Shown here one piece after another: positions 63,806 to 64,000 of a DNA stretch of 64,000 bases (position 1 is the first letter of the stretch; each line of letters begins with the position of its first letter). Both the position numbers and the translations under genes were made by a program. Below the pieces are notes generated by a model, which saw only the letters and a list, made by a program, of their open reading frames with translations, searched no databases and was not told the DNA's origin. The DNA comes from Podarcis erhardii (Eukaryota): NCBI GenBank assembly GCA_964252035.1, contig OZ176213.1. The stretch is one strand, 5' to 3'.

Positions 63806-64000
63806 CTATGATAAGTAAGGGCTGAGATTACTCAGAAGATTTTTTGGGGGGGTTGTCTCCCAGATGCTGCTACTTACGTATCTTTCATAAAAATTATATG
63901 CAGCTCGATTGTGAAAATCCCCAAAGCAGTTTATAGAAAAGACAAAACCATAAGAAAAATTAACAATAATTTAACACTTTCAGGAATTTAAATTACAAAG

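Overview
Squamate genomic DNA, probably a lacertid lizard (inferred from the Sauria SINE and the MITE and CR1 repertoire). It holds four host genes. These are the 3' half of FRMD5 (+), complete WDR76 (-, 13 exons, ~620 aa), complete BLM helicase (-, 21 coding exons, ~1435 aa) and the last five exons of cathepsin H (-). BLM intron 16 carries a near-intact, very young 6,511-bp Ty3/gypsy chromovirus (Tf1/sushi-like, 34549-41059, +). It has 784-bp LTRs differing at one base, a CATGT target duplication, a PEG10-type -1 frameshift signal and a self-priming-type PBS. Its most unusual property is a 209-220 codon ORF filling the whole U3 of the LTR. An ATG of this ORF overlaps the pol stop codon (ATGA), and it follows an unexplained acidic integrase tail with an FxGF motif. 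CTSH intron 7 holds a 5'-only L1-like fragment bracketed by 36-bp direct repeats. All exon coordinates were read by hand from GT-AG boundaries and recalled orthologue sequences; no database search was run.
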